A stretch of DNA of 49,447 nucleotides, filler included, from Dimargaris cristalligena (Eukaryota): the NCBI GenBank assembly GCA_003614675.1. It is 2 parts of 2 records of this genome, joined end to end, with 100 filler letters (N's around TTAATTAATTAA, not from the genome) between each part and the next. Parts side by side here need not be neighbours in the genome. Positions count along the whole stretch, not along the records: positions 24,782 to 49,447 come from ML002581.1; 1 more part is not named here. The stretch is one strand, 5' to 3'. This document shows, in pieces, positions 25,026-36,853 of the stretch. Made by a program: the position numbers and the translations under genes. Numbering within the stretch: the first letter of the stretch is position 1; each line of letters starts with the position of its first letter. The notes below the pieces were generated by a model that ran no database searches, was not told where the DNA came from, and saw only the letters and a program-made list of their open reading frames with translations.

Positions 25026-25892
25026 CTTTTTTGCCTTATTTTCCATAACTAGTGGTTGCTGTACTGCCAGGGGTCAGGACGATTTTCCCTTTCCATGAGA
25101 CTAATTAGTCATTATACTCCACCCCATGACGCCTGCGCACTCCGTATACGTAGTTATGCCTTTGTGGCGAACAATACTCACACTGGGATGAGGGAGCGAC
25201 ATTAAAGTCTTCCATAAACTACATTCAAGAAATGCCCTGGCAGATCCAAGGTGAATTTATCTTCCATTTTTCCACATATCCTTTTCTTCCCTTTTTCACA
25301 GTGTTCAAACTTGAAGACCCAGCCAGTTTTTCCCTTTGTGGTTTTATGGTTGTCCTTCCATCCAAGGACAATGTCCTAAAGTAGTAGTATAGTTCTAAGT
25401 TCATAGTATTATTTTGCATATATATAGTTTCCCCCAGCTGGCCCTTAAAATGGCAAGTTATCTTTGAGATAAGTTTTTATTATTCTGAATAAATGTCTAT
25501 TTTAACTTCACCCAGTATTTCACCCAGCACCAGTCAAGGACTTCAACTGGAAGTCAAATCTTTGTTTTTCTTAATTTTTCTTATTATCTTATTTTTTTCA
25601 GCATGTAAATCACCATGGCTCCTCCAGCATCTAACTCTGATGACAGGAGTGTAGGACCATATTTTTTGGAACATTTTGCACCATATCCCAGTTCAACCTC
25701 TGAGCATAGTTCTAACCCAATCCACCTAGCTGAGGGACTGTTTGCCAAGTTCTCCATGATTCGCCCAAGTGCCTTGAGCCCTCCAAACCTGACATCCAGT
25801 GACCCTGCCAATCCCGGGGAGGACAAGGGGTCTAACCCCAGCCTTAGTCCCAGAAGGGAGGGGCCTCAAAACACTGGTGCAACAGTTGCTAC

Positions 25893-26038
25893 TATTTGGG
25901 TAATATTCAAACCAGCTGTATAAGGTTTTACATAATTTGTGCATGGGTGAATATATGTAAGAATAGCTTTTAACCAGTAATATTGGTCTCATCCAATGGA
26001 CTGTTCGTTATACAGCCTGGATGAACTTCTCTCATTTG
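25893..26038 (+). mobile_element. MITE copy B
   Basis: TATTTGGGTAATATTCAAACCAGCTGTATAAGG...GTTATACAGCCTGGATGAACTTCTCTCATTTG; homologous to copy A. Confidence 0.8.
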
Positions 26039-26190
26039 AATGGACCAAAAACCCAACCAAATAGTTGATAACTGTGGTATATACCTACTCTTTGAGTAAT
26101 CCATTTGTATCCTTAAACATGCCATTTGGAAGTAAATGCCATTGGAAGCAGGTTCAATTCATTCTGCTGCAACTGCACAGGCATGTTAAC

Positions 26191-26336
26191 CATATGGGAG
26201 AGGTTCAACCAGGCTGTATAACGAACAATCCGTTGATTGAAGTGAATATTACTGGTTGAAAATAAATCTCCCATATATTATCCCATATACGTATCATTTA
26301 AAACCTTATACAGCTGGGCCGCATTTCACCCATATA
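26191..26336 (-). mobile_element. MITE copy C (inverted), TSD AAC
   Basis: CATATGGGAGAGGTTCAACCAGGCTGTATAAC...CCTTATACAGCTGGGCCGCATTTCACCCATATA, flanked by AAC on both sides. Confidence 0.85.
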
Positions 26337-27300
26337 AACAAAGCCTCATCTTCAACTTACCACTGCTAAAGATGGCTTCCTTCCCTTAGAGTTATGTTGT
26401 ATACATCTGGTACTGTTTGATATAGAATTCCGTAATGCCTTAACATTTTACATGGCCCTAGTACCGAGACAATGGTAAATAGTCAAGGACCCCCTATATG
26501 CTAAAGGATTAGTGGTATTATATTTTCCGGAGCGTTGGTATCTTACAGAGTGTCTATTTATCATTTAAAACCGCGTGGAGTGTCTCCGAGCAAGTAATAT
26601 AACTCATGGCAATGCAATATGACTGGACCACTCCCTTCAAAAATGAAAAGAAAAAATACCCCACATACTCGAGGTAATGTTTGGGAAGGGAGATGTGGAT
26701 GAGGATAACAATGTATGGAGTAATTTTGGAATAATGATAATAATAAAAAATGAGTATAGCTTATCCTATTTCAGTAATTAGAAAAAGGGGCTGCCCGTAT
26801 ATATATGTATGTAGGCATGTATATTAGAAAACCTGCAATAAGAGGAGGAGCACCAGTTGCCTGGGGGCGTTGAGCCGTGTAATTTGGCCTGTTTAATAAC
26901 AGTCAAGTTTACAGGGACATCTTACCCCTAGATGGATTTGATTAGTCGCTAATGGGATAATGGGAGGTAGCCTATTTAAGGTATAAAGTTGAGACTTATA
27001 GCAGCAAAAGGTGGGATAACAATATAAAAACAGAGGATATTTTTGTAAGAAAAAAATACACGTATGCATACTCAGCAATTATTAAGGTCAGCTGGAATAT
27101 AAATACCCCAAACCCTAATGTCTATGCAAGTAAATGTAACCGATGATATAGGGAGTGAGCAGATAGTGTGAATGGGGTACCGAGGGGTAGTGTAGACATT
27201 GGTTAAAAAAGAGACAGTGTGGTAAAACACGCGGCAGGGGTATACAACCCTTGTATTCACGAATCGAAATATAAGATCGAAGCCAGCAACCAGACCCAGG

Positions 27301-30300
27301 TTAATTTCCATCTGGATTACCAAAGGGCGACGGCGCAGTGGCATTCTGGTTTTTAAGCAGGATATCCAAAATAGCCCCCATGCCCTTACGAAGGTCTTCA
27401 ACATCGCGGGTCAGCATTTGGTTTTGTTCAAACAGTTGTTTGATGCGATCATCCCCTTCTTCGGGCGGGGTCAAGGCCACGGTCGCGGGGGAGGTCAATC
27501 GCAGGTCGACTTTGCTGGGTGCGGTACTATTCTCCACTGGCTTTATATTGTTTAACATCGGGGATACCTCACCAACACTGATAACAGTCTTAGATGACGG
27601 TACCGGCTGAGCTGGGGAAACTTCCCCGTCTTGACTGGGTATGGGCATCGGGCGACCGGCGATCTCGCCGACCTGGCCTTCAGCCCCCGTGGTTGTAGTA
27701 ACGATTGGAGCTGCAGCTGTATCGTCGTCAGTAGTGGTGGTAGTAGGATCGTTAGTAGTAGCAGACCACACAATGTTGGACAAGGACCGGGAATTATGCG
27801 AGCATCGGCCAGATGGGGCTGTTTTATCCATCAACCCACGTCCCAATACATGGATAGTCGGCGGATTGGACAAGCGCATCCGCAGCGACTGGATTAGTTT
27901 CTGTTGGCTCAGGTTTAACTCGGGGGTAAGACAACGGGGGTTGCGCACATCCACGCTAGCCGACGAATGTTGAAAGATCTCAGCGGCCGAACGGTTTTTA
28001 AAGCCGTAGGATCGACCGGTCGTGGCGGCGGTTGAACGTTTAGGAGAAGAGGATAAGGAGGAAGAGGAAGATGATGTAGACGGTGGCGGGTAGGTAGATT
28101 TCGGCGAGAGCGAGCGATGAGCAGTGTTCAAAGGCCCACCACTCTTGGGGGGAGCCTGGTCATCACTACTGGAGGGCTGCCGGGATTTCGGGGCCGTAGG
28201 GGACAATGGGTTAATCCCTAATAAATTATTGGGCAAGATCTCTTCGAACGAATCACCGCCGGTCCCATGGCCCGAGTCTGGGTGCCGGGGACTTTCCACC
28301 ACCCCATCGCCAGGAATCGCCCTTTTCCCTTTCGGCGAAGAGCCGGACGCCTGAGGACTGGCCGGTGGGTGGGGACCGCCCGACCCCGCCTCGTTTACCG
28401 CCGCCCGATCCTCCGGCCTCAAATTAGTGATAAAGTCCAAATACCCAAACTGTTCCATATCCATGGACGGCCCTTCTTGCAATTCCATCGACAAATCGGT
28501 GGGGTCGATTAGACGAGGAGCCTGGCGTCGGGCGTACGACGGGTTTGTGCGCTTGACGTAGTTGTAGTAGATTTGTTTATCGTAACCCGTTGGATTCATC
28601 CGCATCGGTACTACGTCGAGAAGATCGAGAACGGTCGAGCGTTCGAAAAAATCTTTGCTCGGCTCGTTAAAATCGTAGGCGCCGGTTGACTCATCGTCTG
28701 GAGGATCTGGCATACCAGTCCCAATTGTCGTGGCGGAGACCCCTTTGTCAAGCGCAAAACCGCGCAGCGGGTGGATAGGCTGGGTAAGCGTATGGCCTCC
28801 ATCCGCGGCCGTCCGTAAAGGACGGGATGAAATAAGGTTCAGATCACCTGTGGAGTCTTGGTCACGGCCGCTGGCCAACCGGGGGGGACGACCTCCGCCG
28901 AGCCCTATACCACCGAGCCCACCTTCCAGATGCATGCGGGTATCGAGCTGCTGGGCCAATTGATGAACCGTACCCCCGGCACCGACGTTCGTATGAGTTG
29001 GTGTAGGCCGGCTACTCAATTCTAACGGTGACGGCAGGGGAGAACGCCCCCGTTTCCGATTCTCGGCGGGACAGGGCGAATCGTCAGCAGCCAGATCGAG
29101 CTGTAGTTTACCTTCCCGCAAGAGTCGTCGCTGCAGGAGCTGTTCGCGCTTTTTCCGCTTCTCTTCGATATGCTGCCGGGTCAGGCCGGCTGAGGCGGCA
29201 ATATGGCTGGCGGTACGCACGGGTCCGACAGTATGGGGAACCTGCGGTTCGGGTGGTCCAGACGGGGGAAGACCTTCCGGAACCGCGGGGATCAAGGGCG
29301 CTACGACATTGGAGATAACCATAGTGGGAGCGGGATGTACGGGGGGAGTTCGCAAGTGGAGGGGGGCGGTCTCCGGGCGGTGGGGTGTAATATCAGGAGT
29401 ATTCTGTTCCATGATTGTGGACAACAGTAGGTGTTTATCCTGGCGCCGCTGGGCAGCCTCGCGCTGGGCATCCGTGGCCGGTAGGACAGGCCGGGAAGGG
29501 GCTTCGGTGGATTCCGAAGCCGGTCGTGGTCGAGGGGCCCGTTCCACACTCGAGTCCCGGTCGGAATGGTGGCCCGCGGCATCCCGTATCATGGGGTCCA
29601 CGGGGGGTTGGACGCGGCCATAAGCGGCACCGTAGCGGGAACCTCGGAACATGCGGCCATTATCCTGCTGCTGGAGACCTCCTTGTAGGGCATGGGTAAA
29701 CGCCCGGGTACGCAGTAGAATAGGCTGGCGACCGGAAGCCGGGCTTGCACCGGGTTTATCCTCGGTGGATGGGGGTGGATCCAAAGTGGAGAGGTCGGCG
29801 TCCCTATTCCGGGGACTGGCTATTAACGCTGTTGCCGCTGCTGTTGTTGCTGTTGTTGCTACTGTTGATGGGAGCACCCGGGACCCGATCCCTAATGTCG
29901 ATTGAAGACCAGTTCGTTCAGTCTTTTTGGGGGTCCGTGGGCCCAAGCCAGTAGTGGAGGATGCTGATGACGAAGATGACTGCGGTGCTGGTGGCTGGGC
30001 CGGTTTCAGTCTCGGCATAGTTGAAAGCCGAGCAGGCACCGCTATCTTCGGGCTCGTGGCCTCGGCTGAAGTCACTGCGGCGGCCCTCTGTCCCGTATCG
30101 GTTGCCGGGTCGACTTCACTATCCGATCCAACCCGGGGTAGCGGCGGTCGTTCTTGAGCGGAGGGTCCCGCAGTCGAGGAAGTAGAGCTGCCCCGCTGCC
30201 GCATATGCTGGGTGCGGGCCAGGGATTGGGCCAGGGCCGGCACCCCCGGCGCCCGCTTCTCCGGGTTTAGTTTTGCGTGACTAGGGGGGCGTTTATGTTC

Positions 30301-30645
30301 GGGGTTAGCTAAACTAGGCGAATGTGACCGGCTGGAGAAGGCGGCAGCGGGTTCTACCACCTTGGGCCAGGCGGGGGACCGAGAGCGGGAAGTGCGATCG
30401 GTTACCGATGGGGGTGGTAGATCATTGACTGATAGGGGCCGAATACTGCGGGACCGGGGTTTCCTTAAGTTCGAGATGGGGGCCGCTGCCGCTGGCTCCG
30501 TTGGTGCCCCCGCCACTGGGGCTGTAGGGGCGGCGGGTGATTCGGTCGCCGGAGGATTGGCCGATGGCTCGGCCTCGTACATCCGGCGTTTCATGGCCCC
30601 AAGTCGCTCAATGCGTTTACGGCGCTGCACGGCGTAGTCATCCAT
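27301..30645 (-). CDS. Hypothetical 1114-aa, largely disordered P/S/A/R-rich protein with short coiled coils
   Basis: 3.3-kb uninterrupted ORF from ATG; helical patches at the N-terminus, the middle (HIEEKRKKREQLLQRRLL) and the C-terminus (RIKQLFEQNQMLTRDVEDLRKGM). No family recognised. Confidence 0.85.
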   Translation of the reverse strand: MDDYAVQRRKRIERLGAMKRRMYEAEPSANPPATESPAAPTAPVAGAPTEPAAAAPISNLRKPRSRSIRPLSVNDLPPPSVTDRTSRSRSPAWPKVVEPAAAFSSRSHSPSLANPEHKRPPSHAKLNPEKRAPGVPALAQSLARTQHMRQRGSSTSSTAGPSAQERPPLPRVGSDSEVDPATDTGQRAAAVTSAEATSPKIAVPARLSTMPRLKPAQPPAPQSSSSSASSTTGLGPRTPKKTERTGLQSTLGIGSRVLPSTVATTATTAAATALIASPRNRDADLSTLDPPPSTEDKPGASPASGRQPILLRTRAFTHALQGGLQQQDNGRMFRGSRYGAAYGRVQPPVDPMIRDAAGHHSDRDSSVERAPRPRPASESTEAPSRPVLPATDAQREAAQRRQDKHLLLSTIMEQNTPDITPHRPETAPLHLRTPPVHPAPTMVISNVVAPLIPAVPEGLPPSGPPEPQVPHTVGPVRTASHIAASAGLTRQHIEEKRKKREQLLQRRLLREGKLQLDLAADDSPCPAENRKRGRSPLPSPLELSSRPTPTHTNVGAGGTVHQLAQQLDTRMHLEGGLGGIGLGGGRPPRLASGRDQDSTGDLNLISSRPLRTAADGGHTLTQPIHPLRGFALDKGVSATTIGTGMPDPPDDESTGAYDFNEPSKDFFERSTVLDLLDVVPMRMNPTGYDKQIYYNYVKRTNPSYARRQAPRLIDPTDLSMELQEGPSMDMEQFGYLDFITNLRPEDRAAVNEAGSGGPHPPASPQASGSSPKGKRAIPGDGVVESPRHPDSGHGTGGDSFEEILPNNLLGINPLSPTAPKSRQPSSSDDQAPPKSGGPLNTAHRSLSPKSTYPPPSTSSSSSSLSSSPKRSTAATTGRSYGFKNRSAAEIFQHSSASVDVRNPRCLTPELNLSQQKLIQSLRMRLSNPPTIHVLGRGLMDKTAPSGRCSHNSRSLSNIVWSATTNDPTTTTTDDDTAAAPIVTTTTGAEGQVGEIAGRPMPIPSQDGEVSPAQPVPSSKTVISVGEVSPMLNNIKPVENSTAPSKVDLRLTSPATVALTPPEEGDDRIKQLFEQNQMLTRDVEDLRKGMGAILDILLKNQNATAPSPFGNPDGN

Positions 30646-32700
30646 GATCCCGAATCCGGTTGCTATTGTTGATATTGGACTATGTATAGGGTATTTGGGA
30701 TGGGGGGGAGGGGTTGGAAAGACAGCGGAGTTTTAAATCTCTCGGGGGTGTATTAGAGGGAGAAAAGGGGTCGAGGGTTAATATGACAAGTAGCTAAGTA
30801 GTATATATATATGTAGGTATTTAAATATGGGAATAGATATGCGTGGAAAAATAGTGGCGGAGGCGGAGAGATAGATGGGTTTACAACGAAGGTGGAAGAT
30901 GCTAAATCAAGGGGAACTGGGGGGGCAAGATTGTCACATGGTCGATGAGGGCAAGTATAGAGCAGTAATAATGGAATCTAAAGCGACGGCTAGAGAGGTA
31001 AAGATGGAGTAAGGGGATGAAGGAACTCGGGGAGGCGGAGTATGAAAAAATAGGCCACCACCGATAACCAAAACAAACGAACAGGAGGGGATAATAGGGG
31101 AAGGGAGAGGAACTCTGTTTGGAGAATACGAATAAGCGGGGTTGGCGGAGGGAAGGCCTAATAGCTCAGGAAGGGGACCGCTTGCAACGTGGAAGAGGCG
31201 GTTCTGATTTTTTTACACGGACGGTACCTAAGCTGGACAAGCCGAAACGGACACTGGCTGAGATTCTCAAGGGTCGTCCAATTGGACCGAAAACACGGAT
31301 TATATGAGAAAAAATCGAACCTAAAAGGACCCTAAGTTGGTCAGCCCCATGTTTCCTTAATCCTATATTCAGCCTTACACTGAAGTCCAGGTTAAAGTAG
31401 ATTTCCCCCTTCGTCCCGGATGTAAGTAAGACGCAAAGAAAATATTTTCCCGTGGAGTGGTTGTCAGTCGTTCAGGAGGTTGGTGAAATTTGGTCTGAAT
31501 GATAAATTTGATGGCACAGGTGGGGAAGATCTCCCCATCGGCTCTTTTCGAAAGCCACAGTCTGTCCATCCCCGTTTGAAAATATGAGTATTATGATTAT
31601 TATGATTATGGACTTGCTCCAGTGTACCACTACTATTGAATCCTAGTCAACAAAGGGGGGAGGGAAGGGAAACCTAGAGAGACCCAGGGTGAATGGGTGG
31701 GCCAGGAAAGGAAATGTCCCAATGAAAATAAATGTAAACAGCACCATCCAATCATATTGCAGGAATAACGGGACAAATCGATTGTGTATGAACCTAATAA
31801 TCGACCCATTTTATATCGGAGAAAAAGCACCATGGAAGACACCATCATTATTGACCCAGGCGGTCACTTTTGTAATGTGCGTAGACGTCATTAATATAGG
31901 TGACCGCATCATTTCATTTCAAATCATAGAATTTAGGTTTCTGACCTTCCTTTTGGATTCAATCCACCGAAACTAGTACACTGGTAGGCCGATGGAGTCG
32001 GCGGTAATCTGTAGGTCCGTTCCAGCGTCATCGGCCATTAAATAAAGATGGGATGGGTCACCGGTTAAACGACAGCTCCAAATTTCAGAGCAAAAAGGTG
32101 GGTGGTGGAGGTCGTATAAATCAAAATGGGAATAGGTATAATACACTTTGACTCCTATTACAATTCCAACACCCTCATACTCAGGGATATAGGGCTACGC
32201 TCGCTCTTGGAGTACAATGACAAGCAACCGTGTATCCACCATTGATTGATAGAAAATAATTTAATGTCTGAGATTAAAGAATGGGCGAGAGAGAGAGAAA
32301 GAGAGTATATCCCATGCGTAAGTATGTAAAAGAATAACAGATCATAATCAAATAAACCAACTCTCAGATCAGCAAGATGGAAGTATAACCGGTAAAATTA
32401 TAATAATAGACAGTATAAAAATGGATATGGGAAGTGGAGTATGTAATGAATGCATCGGTGGTACCTTGAATCGACCAACGATGGAAAATAATTCAAGGGG
32501 AGACGTGGAAGTGGAGGAACAGGCATCGCGTTGGAAACTTATACAAAAGGGATATGTGGCCCCTTAAAAATATTAAGTGGAAGCATATAAATATATATAT
32601 ATATGACAGAGATTATGGAAGAGTGGCACTGTGATAGGTGTGACCAATTACGGGTGTATCTAACCCAGTAATCGTATCGATAAAGAACATCGTCCTAATC

Positions 32701-34671
32701 TCAGTCTGTCGAGGCAGTCAGGGGCACTTTCTTATCTAGCCACTCGCGCTCGACTCGGAAGTACACCCACAGCCAACGGCGGAGCACCTCCAGCCATTCC
32801 AGCGTAAACCCACCCAGGGGAAGGGTCTCAATGGGCAAATGAGGTGAGATTTTCAGGGTCCAGGTGGTTCGGAGCAGGACATTGATGGCAATGGCGGCAT
32901 AGTAGAGGGCGTTGTCGAAGATTATATGGGGACGAAGGAAGGGGTGGCAGTGGGTGCGGCTGTCCGTATTAAGCAGACTGGTGGGGTCGTCGTACGTCCA
33001 ATCATCGGAGGAGCGGGGGGACGAGGAGGGGGACCGGACCGATGGGTGGTCGGACCGGGGTCCGGTGGGGGAAATCGGGGCGGATGAGGGTGGACGAAGC
33101 AACGGGGTGCGGGGTTCATGGTGGCTGGCATTGGGCGCCCGAAGGTGGGCCATGGGCGGGGGGAGGCCGTCGGTGGGACGGGGGCTGATATTAACGATTA
33201 GCTCCCCGGATCCGGCGGTGTGGTCGGTTTCCGTGGATGAAGTGGAATAGGAGGGAGAGACGGGGGGTAGGTTTAGCCCAACCGGGTTATCCACGGGGTC
33301 GGTGGGGTGACTGCTGGTCACGATGGTGAGGGTACTTCCCGTAGGAGTGGGTAACGAGGAGGCCTGGAGGAGGTCATCATCCCCAGCATCCTGCCCTAGG
33401 CCGAAGGAGGAAGTGCAGGGACCGTGGGTAGGGGAGGCTAGGCTGGCGGGGTAGGTCTTGCGACTGCTGAGTTTGGCCATGGGACTGCTATGGTTATATG
33501 GGGCGCGGGACTGGGAGAGGGCCCCCGTCGTATCCACCAAATGGGGTGCAGGGCTTCCCGGGGATAGGACAATTTTGGCGTAGTAAAGATTGGGGGCGTC
33601 CCGGTTCAATAGTGACTGTAAGCACCCTCGGGCGGTATAACCCAAATTCCAGTCAACCGCGGTATCCCAGTAAATAGAGTACAGCGTGTTGACAATGGCC
33701 GACAGAAGCCAAAGCTGGGACAGGAGAGTAAGGATATGGTCGCGGGGGGTGATGGTACCATCCCCGTCATGGTCCTTGGTCTTCCAAGAAAGGTACTTTT
33801 CGTAGCCGGAGAGGAGCACAACGGGAAAAGAGGACGCATATTTGGCAGCATTAGCCAGATGGCGTCGCCGCACGGGACCGGCGGGCGAGGATAGCGCCTC
33901 ATTGATGCACTGGCGGAAGCGGAGGAGATAGGGAAGGCAAATCACCAGGGGCCCGAAGACACTGTACCCGCACTGTTCAAAGGAAAAGTTTATCCGGTCC
34001 GGGGTCTGGGGATCGCCGCCCGAGCCGGGTAACAGGAGCGCAGACAGGTCACAGAGGGATGCCCAGGAATCGGAAAACACTCGGGCGAAGCTGGTCAGAA
34101 TATCAGCCATAATTACGTCACAGAAAAAGACGGGGGCAGTGAGTGAGGGGTACAGAACGCGCCCCAGGGCGCGGAAGAAACGCATACGGTCGGCATAGGC
34201 CAGGATATGGAAGGGCAGGGTTAATATCCCAATCAAGACAATACCGGTGGCCAGGATAATAAACCGCTTGACGTTGGGGATGTCCTCAGGGACTAACAAA
34301 TAACACCACCAACTGAAGAACACGACAAAGGTTAGGATGAGGGCCAGGCGGTAAAGCTCGGATTCGGCGTGAATTGCGCGGTGGCACTTCGGAACGTGGG
34401 CGGGGAGGCCCTCTGTAGCCGTCCGGGATCGCTCCAGAGAAGAAGGGGCAGCTTCGGGCGAACATGCTGAACAGTCGAAATTGTCATCGGGGCCAGTTGA
34501 GCCTTGGAGAATTGTGCGGGCGTCGATTCCGGCGATACGGAGTCCGTGCAAGTTCAGGCACCAACACCAGACTCCGAAACAACCCAATAGTAAAATGCGG
34601 TAATAAAGGGGGAATATCTTTGCCCAGTCACTGGGTTCGACCAGAATTGGGTCATCGGGATGGGGTTCCAT
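32701..34671 (-). CDS. ERD1: EXS-family membrane protein, Erd1-like (no SPX domain)
   Basis: EXS motifs VFFCDVIMADILTSFARV, LPYLLRFRQC, HLANAAKYAS, YSIYWDTAVDWNL, NVLLRTTW, LEVLRRWLWVYFRVEREW; multiple TM segments. Confidence 0.85.
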   Translation of the reverse strand: MEPHPDDPILVEPSDWAKIFPLYYRILLLGCFGVWCWCLNLHGLRIAGIDARTILQGSTGPDDNFDCSACSPEAAPSSLERSRTATEGLPAHVPKCHRAIHAESELYRLALILTFVVFFSWWCYLLVPEDIPNVKRFIILATGIVLIGILTLPFHILAYADRMRFFRALGRVLYPSLTAPVFFCDVIMADILTSFARVFSDSWASLCDLSALLLPGSGGDPQTPDRINFSFEQCGYSVFGPLVICLPYLLRFRQCINEALSSPAGPVRRRHLANAAKYASSFPVVLLSGYEKYLSWKTKDHDGDGTITPRDHILTLLSQLWLLSAIVNTLYSIYWDTAVDWNLGYTARGCLQSLLNRDAPNLYYAKIVLSPGSPAPHLVDTTGALSQSRAPYNHSSPMAKLSSRKTYPASLASPTHGPCTSSFGLGQDAGDDDLLQASSLPTPTGSTLTIVTSSHPTDPVDNPVGLNLPPVSPSYSTSSTETDHTAGSGELIVNISPRPTDGLPPPMAHLRAPNASHHEPRTPLLRPPSSAPISPTGPRSDHPSVRSPSSSPRSSDDWTYDDPTSLLNTDSRTHCHPFLRPHIIFDNALYYAAIAINVLLRTTWTLKISPHLPIETLPLGGFTLEWLEVLRRWLWVYFRVEREWLDKKVPLTASTD

Positions 34672-36853
34672 GGAGGATAAGCGGTTATATCCAGGCGGGG
34701 CTATCCAAAACCCTACCGGCTACAGAAACCACAGGATAAGGGTTGAAGGGGATAGCGGGAGTTGGTGATATGTAGCGGAATCCGAAACTACGTTCTTGGG
34801 AATAAAACAGTAGAACGTTTCACGTAAAAGGGCGCGTGGGGGTATACACTAGCTTGGCTGCCTGGAGGTGTGATACTCTGTGACCAGCTGAACTAAAGGT
34901 GAAGGATAGGTTACTTAAACGAGCTGACTCATTTACACAGTAAGTCTGTCGTAGGTAAAGCCGTCTTGTTTTTCCCTCTAACTGGTGAAGGACAATGATA
35001 CACCGACGGACAATAAAGCGGAAAAATAGGGGGCTAAACGAACTTAATAATATATACCGGAAAGGGACAACTGAAAGATTAGTCGCAGAGAAGGAATCGC
35101 AGTTTGAGAAAAGCACATTGAAAGAGGGTACACCTTCTAGAGAGGGGTAAGACTCAGAATATATATTGTTGCCCTCCCCAGTAAATTATTATTTGAAAAA
35201 ATAAGGGGAAAGGAAAAGAAAAGAACAATGGTACGGCAGAAAGTGGCCAAGTGTGGTGTTGTATCAGAAGACTGGTGTGAATGAAAGCGAGAGAGAGACA
35301 GTAGAATGAAACCTAGGATGGCTAAACTAAGCTACACTATGATAGTGGGGTTTTTAAGGAAAGAGGGGAGAGCACACCTCTGGGAAGGTTGGTGTAAATG
35401 TAATTTATTTGCCCATACAACGCGAGATTCCCGGATTGAAGAACAGCACTAGAGTTATAATAACAATACTAGTACTGGGGGTGGGTATGAGCAAATAGAG
35501 TAGAGTAGAGTAGAGTGGAGTCTAAGGTAGATGTATTTTTGCAACAGGCTTGATGTACACGGGCGGCAACGGAATATGAAATATAATATAAACGGGGCAA
35601 AAACAAAGGAATAGTGAATAAACCGGGCGGTATTCAGTAATCGGATGCAGGAAAGCAGTGCCAGGCAAAGACAGGTCGCAGTGAGTGCAGTAATTACCGC
35701 ATATATATATATATATATATAATTATTGAAAGGAAGAGGGAAATAAAAGCAGAGATGAGGAGCGCTCCAGATACGAAGGGGAAGGGGGGTATTTATAAAG
35801 CATATAGCCAGGTGCCGCATATATAATCCTGGGACTCGTTGAATGCGAGGGGCTTTTTAGCATATATACAGGACACCAGGTGGGTGGCGGGCTTCCAATC
35901 GGAACTCATCCCTACATTATATTGCATTACGGGGCGAGGTTCCCTCCAAGGTCCTGAATCGAATCCAGCCGGCTTTGGCTTAGCATTTTCAGTGGGAAGG
36001 GACGATACGTTCTTTTAGGGGGGTTATTTCTTGGCCCTTCGTAGTCAGGCTGCTTTTCCCATTAGGCCTAAACCAACGCAGGCATTATGGTTCATTGTAG
36101 CTCATAGCTGCGATCATCGCCACCTAACTGAGTTGGTGGGAACCAAGAAGCCTCTCGCCCCACTTATCTCCGCCAATCGCTCTAATTCCGTGGTTAATCC
36201 CCTTCCCTCCTCATACACCACTCACCTCCATGGTACTGAAGATAAATCCCAGCATAATGCGTTTTCCCCTCCCTCACACTCTTTGGCGGTGGGTGGAATC
36301 CTCATCTTCCATGATAGCGGGGTGGAGGGGCAGCTGACGCCCCTGTTGGGGTCAACTGGGGGTAAAAAGGGGAGGGGGGAGACACACACACACTTCCGCT
36401 CCATATTCGGGGACGCTTTTGCAGCGCCTCTGACCTTCCATTCCACGGTGTCATACGTAAATGAATCGTGGAGATACAAGGTGCAATTCCGCCTGCTCTA
36501 TTCCGTAATCGAATCATGGGATGCAATACAACGCGGGAGAGGAAAATCCTATCTGCACCCACCACAAGGCAGGTTCGGTTGTCGATTGCACCCGTTTCGC
36601 CCCCAATAGAAATGAATAGGTCCCAGGCGACATGACCTCACTCATCGGTGCCAACTGTGGTGGGTGCAACAGAAAGTTCCTCAAAAGATGCGCATTCATT
36701 GTATACAGGTTCGGATATTTGGCAGCCCGAATAGCTTCAGGCATATAATCAACGAGGGGTGCGCATAAAAGCTCCGAACCATGCAAATTCACATCCATAT
36801 TACTATTTTATTGGCCTCCCCTCCCCCCACATTTTCACCGATAGTCTCATGAA

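Noticed and set aside
16123..26259. Short ORFs sharing HMG.VQP.CIT.NPL.E.NI.G (16123-16353 and 26065-26259)
   Set aside because: The shared peptide is simply translation of the MITE end, not a protein family.
36031..36798. ORFs 36031-36609(+) and 36514-36798(-)
   Set aside because: No motifs recognised; they lie in the likely METTL14 3' UTR/intergenic region.
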